DNA from: Octopus bimaculoides
Taxonomy: Eukaryota
DNA: 64,000 bases
Assembly: GCF_001194135.2 (NCBI RefSeq)
Contig: NC_068995.1
Location: 38,757,339-38,821,338, forward strand
Reading direction: 5' to 3'
Positions 1 through 10,849 of this stretch are shown here, piece by piece. The stretch's first letter is position 1. Each line of letters opens with the position of its first letter. The position numbers were made by a program, and so were the translations under genes. The notes beneath the pieces are model-generated. The model was given only the letters and a program-made list of their open reading frames with translations. It did not search any database and was not told where the DNA came from.

Positions 1-410
1 TAGAAATTAGCAAAATGTGGAATCTGAAGACGAAAACAATACCTATTGTCATAGGTGCCCTGGGAATGACAGCGAAACGGGCTGATTACTACCTAGCTCA
101 GATACCAGGAAACCCCAAAATGGCTGAAGTTCAAAAGATAGTGCTCATGGGAACTGCCCATATCCTACGTAAAATACTGTCTATGTGATCTCAAATTTTA
201 AAGCAAACACATAAGTTTCTTATGGTTTCTTAAACATTCACTTGAACAAAACTGTACAAATCCAAATATATGGTACCCTAGGCATAACACCTACATGAAC
301 TTCTAACTTGTTGTCTCTTGAGGTCTCTGGGTGAGACTTGGATCCAACTTGTACAAATGCAAAACAAAAGTCAAACATAAAATAATAATAATAATAATGA
401 TAATAATAGT
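1..410 (+). mobile_element. R4/Dong-clade non-LTR retrotransposon, 3' end (RLE domain C-terminus, 3' UTR, (AAT)n tail)
   Basis: The frame from base 3 reads EISKMWNLKTKTIPIVIGALGM...EVQKIVLMGTAHILRKILSM*, with the stop at 186-188. This is the typical end of an RLE-type LINE ORF (P-x-V-x-GALG, QK..L.GTA.I.R). A ~200 bp UTR and AAT repeats follow. Confidence 0.88.
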
Positions 411-429
411 TTTACCCCATGTGTAGTAA

Positions 430-606
430 TTTTAGGGAAGGGGATGAGTCAATTACATCGACCCTAATGTTCACGTGGCACTTATTTTATCTACCCCAAA
501 ACGATAAAAGGTAAAGTCGACCTGGGCGGTATTTGAACTCACAACGGGCGAAATATTGCGAAGCATTTCGTGCATCGCGCTAACGATTCTGCCAAGCTCG
601 CCGCCA
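430..606 (-). mobile_element. tRNA-derived SINE family B copy
   Basis: Reverse complement gives GGCGAGCTTGGCAGAATCGTTAGC (A-box-like), GAGTTCAAATACCG (B-box-like) and GTCGACTTTACCTTTTATCG. The same sequence recurs at 670, 6880, 24205, 33695, 35270, 46835 and 53200. Confidence 0.8.
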
Positions 607-669
607 TAATAATGATGATTATTACTTCAAATTGTTGACACTAGTGCCGCTTCAACAATGTAAGGATTT

Positions 670-836
670 TTCGATAATATTGATCCCCAGTGCGTAACTG
701 GTACTAATTTTATCGACTCCGAGGGGATGAAAGGCAAAGTCGCTCTTGGCGGAATTTGAACTTGGAACGTAACGGCAGACGAAGTAACGCTTAGCATTTC
801 GTCGAGCGCGCCAACGATTCTGCCAGCTCGCCGCCT
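670..836 (-). mobile_element. tRNA-derived SINE family B copy
   Basis: Second adjacent copy, separated from the first by (AAT)n. It contains GCCTTTCATCCCCTCGGAGTCGATAAAATTAGTACCAG, which resembles the Meta-type central domain. Confidence 0.85.
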
Positions 837-861
837 TCATAATAATTATAATAGAAATATA

Positions 862-897
862 ACAACAGCAGCTTTAGTAGTATTAGGTGTAGTAGTG

Positions 898-961
<64 letters not shown>

Positions 962-974
962 CAGTAGTAGTAGC

Positions 975-1022
<48 letters not shown>

Positions 1023-1258
1023 TGATATTTTTGTTGTAGTTGTAGCAGCTGCAGCTGCAGCAGAAGCAGTGGGAAGTAGTAGTGGTAGCAGTCAAACTAA
1101 CAAGGGCTTTTTGCACCAGATGAAACAACTGCAGCAGTAGTAATAGTATAGTAGTAGTAACAGTGGTAGTAGTAGTGGTGGTGTTGGTGGTGGTAGTAGT
1201 AATAGTAGCAGCAGTAGTAGTAGCAGTACTGGCAGCAGCAGTAGCAGCAGCAGTAGTG

Positions 1259-1289
<31 letters not shown>

Positions 1290-1312
1290 CAGTAGTAATA
1301 GCTGTAGTAGTT

Positions 1313-1354
<42 letters not shown>

Positions 1355-1415
1355 ATAGTAGTAGTAGTAGTTGTAGTAGTAGTAGTAGTAGTAGTAATAG
1401 AAGTAGTAGTAATGA
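862..1415. repeat. Compound trinucleotide microsatellite array (GTA)n/(GCA)n/(GTG)n
   Basis: About 550 bp of directly visible AGT/AGC/GGT/GTT triplet runs. It explains the poly-T, poly-V and poly-L ORFs. Confidence 0.95.
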
Positions 1416-1841
1416 GATTAAAATAGCCATTCTGATTGCCCTGACCATATCTATTCTTGAGAGTAGACTCGTGCCATTTTTGCTTTACACAATGATACAT
1501 TCGTTAATTCTTTAAACATATTCTGGTTATTTCAGTATGCGCATCATTTGCACGTTGCTGTCTCTTGGGAGTGTCAGTACACCAAATATATCAATAATTA
1601 ATTCTCGTGTATGGTCGCTTTGTATTTGACGGGGAAACATTTATTTTGAGGAACACAAAGTTATAAATTATGCTATATCCACACTCTATGTGCTTCCAGG
1701 TCCATAACTCCAAACAAGAATTATTTCATTTGTCAGCGAAGCTTCTTAATTTTTATGACATCTGTTTTTTTTCATTATTATTATAAAACTAGACAGATTT
1801 AGTCAACAATGGATTAGTTATTTGGATAAACGTTTAAATGT

Positions 1842-2230
1842 GGAGGCGCAATGGCCCAGTGGTTAGGGTAGCCGACTCGCGGTCATAGGATTACGGTTTC
1901 GATTCCCAGACCGGTCGTTGTGAGTGTTTATTGAGCGAAAACACCTAAAAGCTCCATGAGGCTCTGGCAGGGGATGGTGGCGAACCCTGCTGTACTCTTC
2001 CACCGTAACTTTCTCTCACTTTTGCTTCCTGTTTCTGTTGTGCCTATAATTCAAAGCGTCAGCCTTGTCACACTGTGTCACACTGAATATCCCCGAGAAC
2101 TATGTTAAGGGTACACGTGTCTGTGGAGTGCTCAGCCACTTGCACGTCAATTTCACGACCAGGCTGTCCCGTTGATCGAATCAACTGAAACCCTCGACGT
2201 CGTAAGCGACGGAGTGCCAACAACAACAAC
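1842..2230 (+). mobile_element. tRNA-derived SINE family A (octopus OR-type-like), near full length with (AAC)n tail
   Basis: Head has TGGCCCAGTGG (A box) and GGTTTCGATTCCC (B box). The body is shared with 37255-37620, 8030-8140 and 10125-10200(-), and it ends in CAACAACAACAAC. Confidence 0.85.
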
Positions 2231-2594
2231 AAAAATAAATGTTTACCTAGTTAGATAATAATAAAAGAAGTGAAACAGAAGCAACACAGGTATTTGATAT
2301 TGGCAAAATGACCTTCCCAACATAAAACAAGTATCTTCTTTCAATTCCTTGGCGTGGTATTAATGATTAAATTTTAAAAATTAATCTCGGCTTGTTGTAA
2401 AGGGTAAAGGTTCATATGTGTGTGTGTGTGCGTGTGCTTGTGCGCCAACGTCTGTGCGGGTGTGTGCGCATGTATGTGCACACACACGTGTGTGAGAAAG
2501 CGTGTCATTTTATGCCTTGGAAGCTGACAGACGATTCACTCGAAGTACTACGACAATGAAACCAGGACAACACTGATCTTACGAACATACATAA

Positions 2595-2643
<49 letters not shown>

Positions 2644-2729
2644 CTTATATACATATATATATATACATATATATATATACATACATATATACATATATAT
2701 ATACATATATACATAAATATATATATATA

Positions 2730-3522
2730 NNNNNNNNNNNNNNNNNNNNNNNNNNNNNNNNNNNNNNNNNNNNNNNNNNNNNNNNNNNNNNNNNNNNNNN
2801 NNNNNNNNNNNNNNNNNNNNNNNNNNNNNNNNNNNNNNNNNNNNNNNNNNNNNNNNNNNNNNNNNNNNNNNNNNNNNNNNNNNNNNNNNNNNNNNNNNNN
2901 NNNNNNNNNNNNNNNNNNNNNNNNNNNNNNNNNNNNNNNNNNNNNNNNNNNNNNNNNNNNNNNNNNNNNNNNNNNNNNNNNNNNNNNNNNNNNNNNNNNN
3001 NNNNNNNNNNNNNNNNNNNNNNNNNNNNNNNNNNNNNNNNNNNNNNNNNNNNNNNNNNNNNNNNNNNNNNNNNNNNNNNNNNNNNNNNNNNNNNNNNNNN
3101 NNNNNNNNNNNNNNNNNNNNNNNNNNNNNNNNNNNNNNNNNNNNNNNNNNNNNNNNNNNNNNNNNNNNNNNNNNNNNNNNNNNNNNNNNNNNNNNNNNNN
3201 NNNNNNNNNNNNNNNNNNNNNNNNNNNNNNNNNNNNNNNNNNNNNNNNNNNNNNNNNNNNNNNNNNNNNNNNNNNNNNNNNNNNNNNNNNNNNNNNNNNN
3301 NNNNNNNNNNNNNNNNNNNNNNNNNNNNNNNNNNNNNNNNNNNNNNNNNNNNNNNNNNNNNNNNNNNNNNNNNNNNNNNNNNNNNNNNNNNNNNNNNNNN
3401 NNNNNNNNNNNNNNNNNNNNNNNNNNNNNNNNNNNNNNNNNNNNNNNNNNNNNNNNNNNNNNNNNNNNNNNNNNNNNNNNNNNNNNNNNNNNNNNNNNNN
3501 NNNNNNNNNNNNNNNNNNNNNN
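2730..3522. other. Assembly gap (N run) flanked by (TA)n. Other gaps: 14652-14751, 19967-19976, 22468-22626, 36461-36703, 39164-39839, 40420-40471, 41278-41842, 52181-52753, 61299-61459
   Basis: N runs are visible and mostly abut (TA)n or (CA)n microsatellites. Confidence 0.99.
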
Positions 3523-3537
3523 ATATATATACATATA

Positions 3538-3665
3538 TACGACGGGCTTCTTTCAGTTTCAGTCTACCAAATCCACTCACAAGGCTTTGGTCGGCCCAAA
3601 GGCTATAGTAGACGACATTTGCCCAAGAAGGCACGCAGTGGGGCTGAACCCGGAACCATGTGGTT
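3538..3665 (-). mobile_element. SINE family C 5' part (CORE-like domain)
   Basis: Reverse complement: AACCACATGGTTCCGGGTTCAGCCCCACTGCGTGCCTTCTTGGGCAAATGTC...GAAAGAAGCCCGTCGTATATA. This is a B-box-like GGTTCAG followed by a CORE-like CTTGGGCAA motif, then a microsatellite. Confidence 0.75.
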
Positions 3666-4146
3666 AGTGTGTGTGTGTGTGTGTGTGTGTGTGCTCGCGT
3701 GTTTGAGTGTGCGTGTGTGTGTGTGTGTATGTGCGCGTGTGTGTGTGTGTGTGTGTTTATAGCAAAGGGGGCTATACACAAGATTCGGCTTCCTTATAGA
3801 TGCGTACCCACTGCGTGCATGGATTGTTCTTCATTTGTTATGAAATTATATGGATCATCTGATGAAATCGCTTCTTTTACTATGAAGTAATGTACTCAAT
3901 CATCAAATAAAAAAACAAACAATGTGTGAGAAACAGCTAAAATGAACTGACATTAATCCATCGTGTGTTATTTTTTACTTTGCTAATAACACACTAAACG
4001 CAAAATGTCACGCTGGCTCTTTGTTACAGCTTATACGTTATCGCAGACACACAAATTTCACAACTTGGATAATAAACGCAACGATGTCACTCGGTACACT
4101 GCCTCATGATAATCACTGTTAACTCTCATTGCGCACGTGACTTGTG

Positions 4147-4164
4147 TGCTGCCATCTGTTGGCG
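4147..4164 (-). promoter_or_regulatory. Candidate CTCF-type motif next to an E-box
   Basis: Minus strand CCAACAGATGGCAG matches CCASYAGRKGGCRS with one mismatch. CACGTGAC lies about 10 bp away. Confidence 0.35.
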
Positions 4165-4239
4165 CGCTACAGAGCTACTCCAGGAAAATTTTGATATCAC
4201 CTCCGAGTATGTTTGTATATGTATGAAACAAAATCTAAC

Positions 4240-4269
4240 GTAACTGGTTGTGATTTGCGTCTGTAAGTT
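4240..4269 (-). CDS. Candidate micro-exon (30 nt, or 21 nt from an alternative acceptor at 4260)
   Basis: Minus strand GTTTTGTTTTCC..AATACAG|AACTTACAG|ACGCAAATCACAACCAGTTAC|GTTAGA. The donor is weak. The length is a multiple of 3. Confidence 0.2.
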
Positions 4270-4365
4270 CTGTATTATATCGGAAAACAAAACTAATACA
4301 GTAGAATTGCCTAGAGGAGCGCAGCATCCAATGTCTGAGACAGAGTACTTTTTCACGATATAGAT

Positions 4366-4647
4366 CACTGGTTCTGAACCATATTTGATCTATGGAGCCA
4401 TTTTGTTCCTATTTTATACTACTGCCCCCACCTCCACCACGTAGCCGTTTACCATATAAACTAATTTACTCTATTATAAATGAATAGATATCGATAAATA
4501 CATATTATTAGCAGTTGAGTAAAATAAACTGAAACATTTTACGTATTCTAGAATTAAAACCAAATTATTGAGCATTAATTTCAACTATGGAATTTTTAAT
4601 GGACCTCGCCCCTCAAGAGACATATGGATTTCGGTTGAGAACCACTG
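4366..4647. mobile_element. hAT (Charlie-type) MITE, 282 bp
   Basis: TIRs are CACTGGTTCTGAACC and GGTTGAGAACCACTG. A perfect 8-bp TSD, ATATAGAT, lies at 4358-4365 and 4648-4655. Confidence 0.92.
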
Positions 4648-4762
4648 ATATAGATGATAGCAGGTGAATAAAAAAGGAAACACGGCAATATTTCATGTTC
4701 TCAATATTTCAAGAAAGTTGCTGTAACTGATGTGTAACTCAATAAAAAGTGAATAAGCTTAC

Positions 4763-4783
4763 GTAGACAGCAGGATTCCGAAC
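4763..4783 (-). CDS. Candidate 21-nt micro-exon
   Basis: Minus strand TTCGTTTCATTTTCGTTCATCCGTTTTCAACCAG|GTTCGGAATCCTGCTGTCTAC|GTAAGC. It has a long polypyrimidine tract, a CAG acceptor and a GTAAGC donor. All three frames are open (VRNPAVY / SESCCL / FGILLS). Confidence 0.42.
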
Positions 4784-5478
4784 CTGGTTGAAAACGGATG
4801 AACGAAAATGAAACGAACAGAGGTAAGGCGTTTGAGCTAGAGGACTAACTAAGGTGAAAGGAGAGAGGAGAATAAGAATTGGAATATTGAAGTAAGAGGC
4901 AATGATGGACTCGTGGGAGAAATCGATGTTTTTTTTTTTAACACATCGTTGAGATGTTTCCAAGTTCGATTATGAAACGCCCTTCCTTCAGTTCCCTTGG
5001 GTATGTTGTATGCCCATGATGTGTAGACGTACTGTCCAATCATAAGTCTACATCTATATTTTTCCATACTCTCACTTACAAAGTAATCAAGTAAATTGTT
5101 TTAAAAATATATAAAACGAAATCTATTTCCACGATTCACTCCTAGTTTCCATGAAATAAACGCAATTCACAATATTTTTCCTGTATTTGTACGCTAATAG
5201 TTTTAATTAGTTTGGAATATAAGCAGCAATATTTTAAATGACGTAAGTCGCACCAAGTTTGATTTGGTGATGTCTTCAGCTTGTAAGAAACTCTTTCACT
5301 CTACACTTTTTTATGTGAATTAATCGCGCAAGTGGATAAAGCAATACAATTAGTGAAACTCTCTATCTAATATACCTAATTTATAAATGGAATGGACTTA
5401 GTCATTTACAGCTAATTGTATATGAAATGACTTGAATAAGAGATTGCAGACACTGAAAATCAATGTTTTTGTACTTAC

Positions 5479-5508
5479 AGTTTCGCCTTCCCACGCAGAA
5501 ATAACAAT
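5479..5508 (-). CDS. Candidate 30-nt micro-exon
   Basis: Minus strand ATTTCCCCTATTTTTTATACAG|ATTGTTATTTCTGCGTGGGAAGGCGAAACT|GTAAGTAC. It has a strong acceptor and a consensus GTAAGT donor. All three frames are open (IVISAWEGET / CYFCVGRRN / LLFLRGKAK). Confidence 0.45.
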
Positions 5509-6879
5509 CTGTATAAAAAATAGGGGAAATATCTGTTTGAATGTCTAACATGAATACTGTACAATTACGAGTCACAATACTTTTTAATGAATGAGAAGCA
5601 AATACTTTATTTTTATGATATAACTATTTGCACAAGTTGCATTGCCTGCATCATCATCTTCGACAATATCTATTTATGACATGTGGCATGTAAAGACTTT
5701 AACACCGAACATTATAGGAACTTTAAATTAATTCGATTGTTAAACGTGAAATGGCATATTCAAAACCGAAGTTTCTCACATAATTTCGAAAAACACTCGC
5801 ATATATTCATATATACGGGTATACTTTTGCATTTTGAAAATGAATCCACTACAAGTTTTTCATATTTTTAATTCACATTTTAACACAGAAACAATTTGAA
5901 TGTCAGAATCCTTGAATCCAATTTGTACTGGATGTATACAAACGAAAGGGGTATATATTGTAAACATATTCGACATCTACGAAATATCAAATAGAATATT
6001 CTAGCTCTTCTATACTTCAGTGGTGTTTGTTAATGATTTTATTTTTGATATGAACAGTATCACTTGAATTTAATTAAATGTTGTAGTAATTATATGCCTG
6101 AATATGCTGCTTATCATCCCAGCGCTTCATTGTTCTCCTTGTAAAAGTATTTCATTCACAAGTCATGACTTTGTATGAAAGATCAAGCAAACATTTAGGG
6201 ATTTATATATCGCAAATGTGATATATCAAATAATAGTTTCTTATTGTATTTAATACGTAATTTATCACTTAAGAATAATCTAACAATGTTATATTTGAAT
6301 TAGAAGGTACAGTTGATTGCGAATTGATGAACAAATGAATATCGTTGCAGATCGACCATCACTAACAAGAATGATAGCAAAACATAAATTTCAATTCCCG
6401 ACTGTCTTTTAACAATTATTTGTGTTTCAGATAATGAGGAAATGGGGAAGTTTGGAATCATTTCAGATGGGCCATACATAATGAATGATATTTCATATAT
6501 CCTTTACGATATACCTACATAATGAAAAATATTTTTAATGAAAAGTTTTGCAATTTGGACGTAAATTATAAGTTTACTGAATACCTATGCGATTCATTTT
6601 GAAGACGTTTAATAGAATATATTCGAAACGAGATTTTGCCACATATTGATACATAATTTAAACATTAACCCTTTCGTATAAATATAATTGCAGCGATCTA
6701 AATAGCCTCTAATATATATATTCCTGCTCACCGCTATCGGCGCTGACATGGCTATCCACAGCGCATCTTCCAATACCACTTCGAATACCACTTACTTCAG
6801 TTTGTGAACGTGTTCATAATATAATGAGTGCATAATGTAATAGTACCACTGACAGAAAATCTAATGCACATGGGTTTCT

Positions 6880-7016
6880 CCTTACGTTCTTTACGTAGTC
6901 GACCTTGCCTTCTGTCCTTTCAGGGTCAATAAATTAAGTACACGTTGTGTCCTGGGGTCGATCTAATCAAATGGCCCCTCTCCGCAAAAATTTCAGGCCT
7001 AGAAAAGATTATTGTG
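6880..7016 (+). mobile_element. SINE family B 3' half
   Basis: GTCGACCTTGCCTTCTGTCCTTTCAGGGTCAATAAATTAAGTAC...TGGGGTCGATCTAATC...GAAAAGATTATT. Confidence 0.75.
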
Positions 7017-7169
7017 ACATAGAATATACAAATTAATGTAACACCATTTACTATATAATCCAACCAAAATATCTGTCACACAAACGTAGCGGGAATTAAT
7101 ATTTAATCTTAAAATACATCGTACATATTCAAAGAACCATCTTGGTTTAGTGGTACAGAACGTTTTTCT

Positions 7170-7399
7170 GCTATTCTTTTATTCTCTTACTTTATTCAGT
7201 CATTTGACGGTGGCCATGCTCGAGCACCACCCATTAGTCGAATAAATTGAGCCTTGGATTTATTCCCTGTAAGCCTGGTGCTTATTCTATCAGTCTCTTC
7301 TGCTGAACAGCTAGATTACAGGGACGCAAACGCACCAACATCGGTTGTGAAGTAATAGTGGTGGTGGCACAGTCATACATGCATACATACATACATACA

Positions 7400-7435
<36 letters not shown>

Positions 7436-7470
7436 TACATACATAAAAAGGTACTATATATGACGGGCTT
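7170..7470 (-). mobile_element. SINE family C 3' half with internal (TACA)n/(TA)n microsatellite
   Basis: CAGTCATTTGACGGTGGCCATGCTCGAGCACC..., shared with 34100-34200 and 51950-52100. After the microsatellite comes TGACGGGCTT, which matches the end of the 3538 segment. Confidence 0.72.
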
Positions 7471-8029
7471 AGAGATAGTAGTGAAACTGGCTGGTGCGCT
7501 TTTTTGTGGTTTGCTGGTATGCCGAAATATATCTAGCGGGCCTCTAACTGGTTCTCCGATCTTGAAGGTGTAATGCGGATGTGTAACGATGACACATCAA
7601 CAAATGAGCCAGAAATTCTAACTTAAAGAATATAGGATGTAAAAGACGTTTCATTCCGAAGCCAAAATATGTTTTCTTTTTTTTAGCTGATCAAAACACC
7701 ACATTTTTTGGTGTATGGCTGCAGTTGAAATGAGTTAAAACAAATGTGTGTGTGTATGTGTGTGTGTGATTAAGCCTTTAATACCAGTTTAATGTCAGTC
7801 AAAGAAAGGAATTCAAAACGGCAACACACAGAATCATATACATATAAACATACACGTACATGCACACACATACACATACATGCACACACAAACACAAACA
7901 AATACCTAGAAAGAGAGGCAGACAGACAGAGAGAAAGTAAGTGTCAGATAGTCCACAACTATCTTTTGTTGTCTTACGTTTTCTATCAATATATATATAT
8001 ATATATATATACACATACATGTCTCGAGT

Positions 8030-8140
8030 TCTAGCTGTAATTCAAAGGGGCCAGCCTTGTCATATTCTGTGTGACGCCGAATCACCCTGAGAACTACGTT
8101 AATGTCATGCATGTCTTTAAGGAGTACTCAGCCATTTCTG
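8030..8140 (+). mobile_element. SINE family A internal fragment
   Basis: AATTCAAAGGGGCCAGCCTTGTCA...GAGAACTACGTTAA...GGAGTACTCAGCCA matches 2047-2140. Confidence 0.75.
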
Positions 8141-8458
8141 AGCTCATCTTATACTCGTGTGCTAATGAAAAGTGAAAACTAACATCCAATATTTTGCTGT
8201 GTATGTATCTATGTATGAACTTATCTTTAGATTTACGCATCTACTGTCTCTCTCAGTTTCTCTCTTTCTCTTTCACTTCCTTTGTGTCTCTCCTCTCTCC
8301 CGCTTTTGATTTAATAATGTATATATTATATATGTATCTACTTCTTTTGCGATGAACGCCGTCGTCATTCACTGTCTCTATCACTTTCTCGCTATTTCTC
8401 TCTTATTTCCTCTCGGAAACATTTAAAAACACGAAACAAATGGTGTCATCACTCAATG

Positions 8459-8496
<38 letters not shown>

Positions 8497-8617
8497 TATC
8501 TCACACTCTCACTTTCTCTCTGGCTCTCCTTTTCTCTCTCGCTCTCCTTTTCTCTCTCTAACTCTCTCTCTTACTTCCTCTCTGTCCTCCTCTCTCTCGA
8601 TTTGACACTTCTTTGAA

Positions 8618-8645
8618 GTAAGTGTAACGCATACAACAGGTAAGT
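8618..8645 (+). promoter_or_regulatory. Two tandem consensus splice donors; candidate end of a GPCR 5' UTR exon
   Basis: GAA|GTAAGT at 8618 and CAG|GTAAGT at 8640 lie downstream of a (CT)n-rich block (8230-8600). The link to the 13156 acceptor is inferred. Confidence 0.35.
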
Positions 8646-8733
8646 ACGAAAACAAAAAGTTAGCATATTAATATTATTGATAACAACAACAACAACAACT
8701 ACAACTACAACAATAATAATAACAACAGCAACA

Positions 8734-8815
<82 letters not shown>

Positions 8816-8854
8816 TAATAAATACCAGGCAGTGACTTAGATTGCTTTTCAACG

Positions 8855-9300
8855 AAAGTGATTGAAAGTGTATTAATGTACATTGTTTTGTCTTGTTATA
8901 GAGGATGGGCTACAGCAAATACTCTGTTCAGTAACATACACTTGCTTCTGAGTTGTTTGATCTTAACCAGTTAAGCATGTCCCTTAGTGACTGACAATAT
9001 GTGCCTTTCTGATCACAGGCAGTAGTAATGGGGGAGCATCACAGCCATGTGCAGAGAGGAATTCTTTGGGGGTTTGAGTAATTTACTTATGCAACGTGGG
9101 TGTATTTTTCATTATCTTCAAAACAAATATTCATGGAGCTTTTGAGTGGGATGGGCTACGCGGCCCGACGAAAAGACTAATTGCACCCCACCTGCAAAAT
9201 CAACCACTGTTTATCTTGGTATGAGATCACAATGTCGCGCACATATGATGCTTGTGCCTGGTGTACGCTTATGAGACTGGTAATCGACAACAACAACAAT
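8855..9300 (+). mobile_element. Interspersed repeat, probable LINE 3' UTR with (AAC)n(AAT)n tail
   Basis: A GC-elevated block between two triplet microsatellites, ending in CAACAACAACAATAAT. The family is not identified. Confidence 0.45.
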
Positions 9301-9315
9301 AATAATAATAATAAT

Positions 9316-9660
9316 GATTGCAAAAGGGGCTGATTGCTACCTAGTGATAGCAAAAACGGCTGATTGCTACCTTGCTCAGATAGCAGGAAACCCCATAATG
9401 GCAGGAATTAAAAAGATAGTGCTGATGGGAACTGCCCAAATCCGATGTAAAATACTGTCTATGTAATCTCATATTTTAAAACAAACTCATAATTTTCTTA
9501 TATATTTCTTGTTATCGTTCTCAAGAAAAATACTACATGCAAAACCAAATATATGACGCCCTAAGCATAACACCAACATGAACTTCTAACTTGTCGCTTC
9601 AGGTCTTTGGATGAGACTTGCAGCCAATTTGTACAAAGACTAAGTAAAATTCAAACATGT
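9316..9660 (+). mobile_element. 5'-truncated R4/Dong LINE 3' end
   Basis: Aligns with 72-380 (GGCTGATTGCTACCTTGCTCAGATAGCAGGAAACCCC...GGGAACTGCCCA...CATGAACTTCTAACTTGT). It starts right after (AAT)n and has a short tandem duplication at its 5' junction. Confidence 0.85.
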
Positions 9661-9966
9661 GCGACAGTGAGTGATGACTGAAAGAAAGGTGGCTTTCCAT
9701 TTTTGTATTCAAATATTTTTCAGTATTTCCAGAGGAGACTGATGCATACATTGAAGCAATAGTAGATATATAAATACATACATAGACACATACGCACATT
9801 GTTAAATTAAAAGCAGGAGACAGGAGGGAAAGAGACGAAGTGAGAGAGAAAGTTAGAAAGAGTGAGAAAGATATTGAGTGGTGACTGAAAGGAAGATGGC
9901 GTTCGTTTTGTGTTCTTAAATATTTATCAGTATTTTCAGAGATACACAGATATTTAGATAAACAGA

Positions 9967-10060
9967 CACACCGTGTATTTAGATACACAAACACACCGTG
10001 TATTTAGATACAAAGACACACCGTGTATTTAGATACATAGGCAAACCGTGTATCTAAATG
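9967..10060. repeat. 25-bp minisatellite, about 4 units
   Basis: CACACCGTGTATTTAGATAC(ACAAA/AAAGA/ATAGG) units start at 9967, 9992, 10017 and 10042. Confidence 0.9.
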
Positions 10061-10849
10061 AAAGTAAAAAAGCTACAGCAAATATTGGATGTCACTTTCA
10101 CTTTTCATTACCACATGAGGATAAAATTAAACGTGCAAGTGGCTAGGTACTCTACTGATATGCATACCATTAATGTAATTCTCAGGGAGTTTCAGCTGAC
10201 CATTTGAATTACACCTACAACTCATTTTCTGCCAGCTGTGTAGACAGGAGCAAGGTAAATCTTCAAGCGGTTGGAAGGAAACGTAAAGAGATCCTATATA
10301 GTGGAGGAAAATCTTTTTGGTCGTTAGATCCACTATGGGTGTTAGTCCGGTCCTAACAGCGGCATTTGTCGGTCTCACAGATCTGGATGCCATGACCCAG
10401 ATAAACATCAATGCGCAGGCAGTTATTATTAAACTGAGCGTGAGTCGAGAGCGAAAACACTACACGACGGAATAGCAATTATTTCGTTTTAGCTTTCACT
10501 GCTTATACTAAACACGTGATATTTTTGCTTCACGATATGGAACATTTCCTTTTCTTTCATACCTTTCAAAAACTGGGACTCTGTCAGTTACCTCGACGAC
10601 GTTCCTCTTTATCGCTGCGGTTTATTAACATCACGCCCTGGAGGAATGAATAAAATGACAGGAGAGTATCATCAAATTTATACAAAAGTGTTTCATTAAA
10701 TATTCATCTGTTTCCTTTTCTTTTTCTTTCCTCTTTCTCTGTCTTCTTTCTGTTTGTTTCTCTTCGCCTTTTATAAAATTGAAACTTAAAGACTGATGCC
10801 ATTGTTTTTCTTTATTTGTATGAACGCGTATAGAATAATATATAAGTTT

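Noticed and set aside
883-1500. 205-aa poly-Thr/Tyr ORF and overlapping poly-Val/Leu ORFs
   Set aside because: These are translations of the triplet microsatellite. There is no complex sequence or splice context.
2548-3781. Long ORFs of 260-450 aa here and at 38927-40493, 41021-41998 and 52049-52849
   Set aside because: They are read through N gaps and (TA)n/(CA)n repeats.
6727-6850. Minus-strand donors GTGAGC (6727) and GTAAGT (6797) with a 53-nt candidate exon
   Set aside because: No consistent frame or acceptor links them, and the region looks repeat-derived (TTAACCCTTT start nearby).
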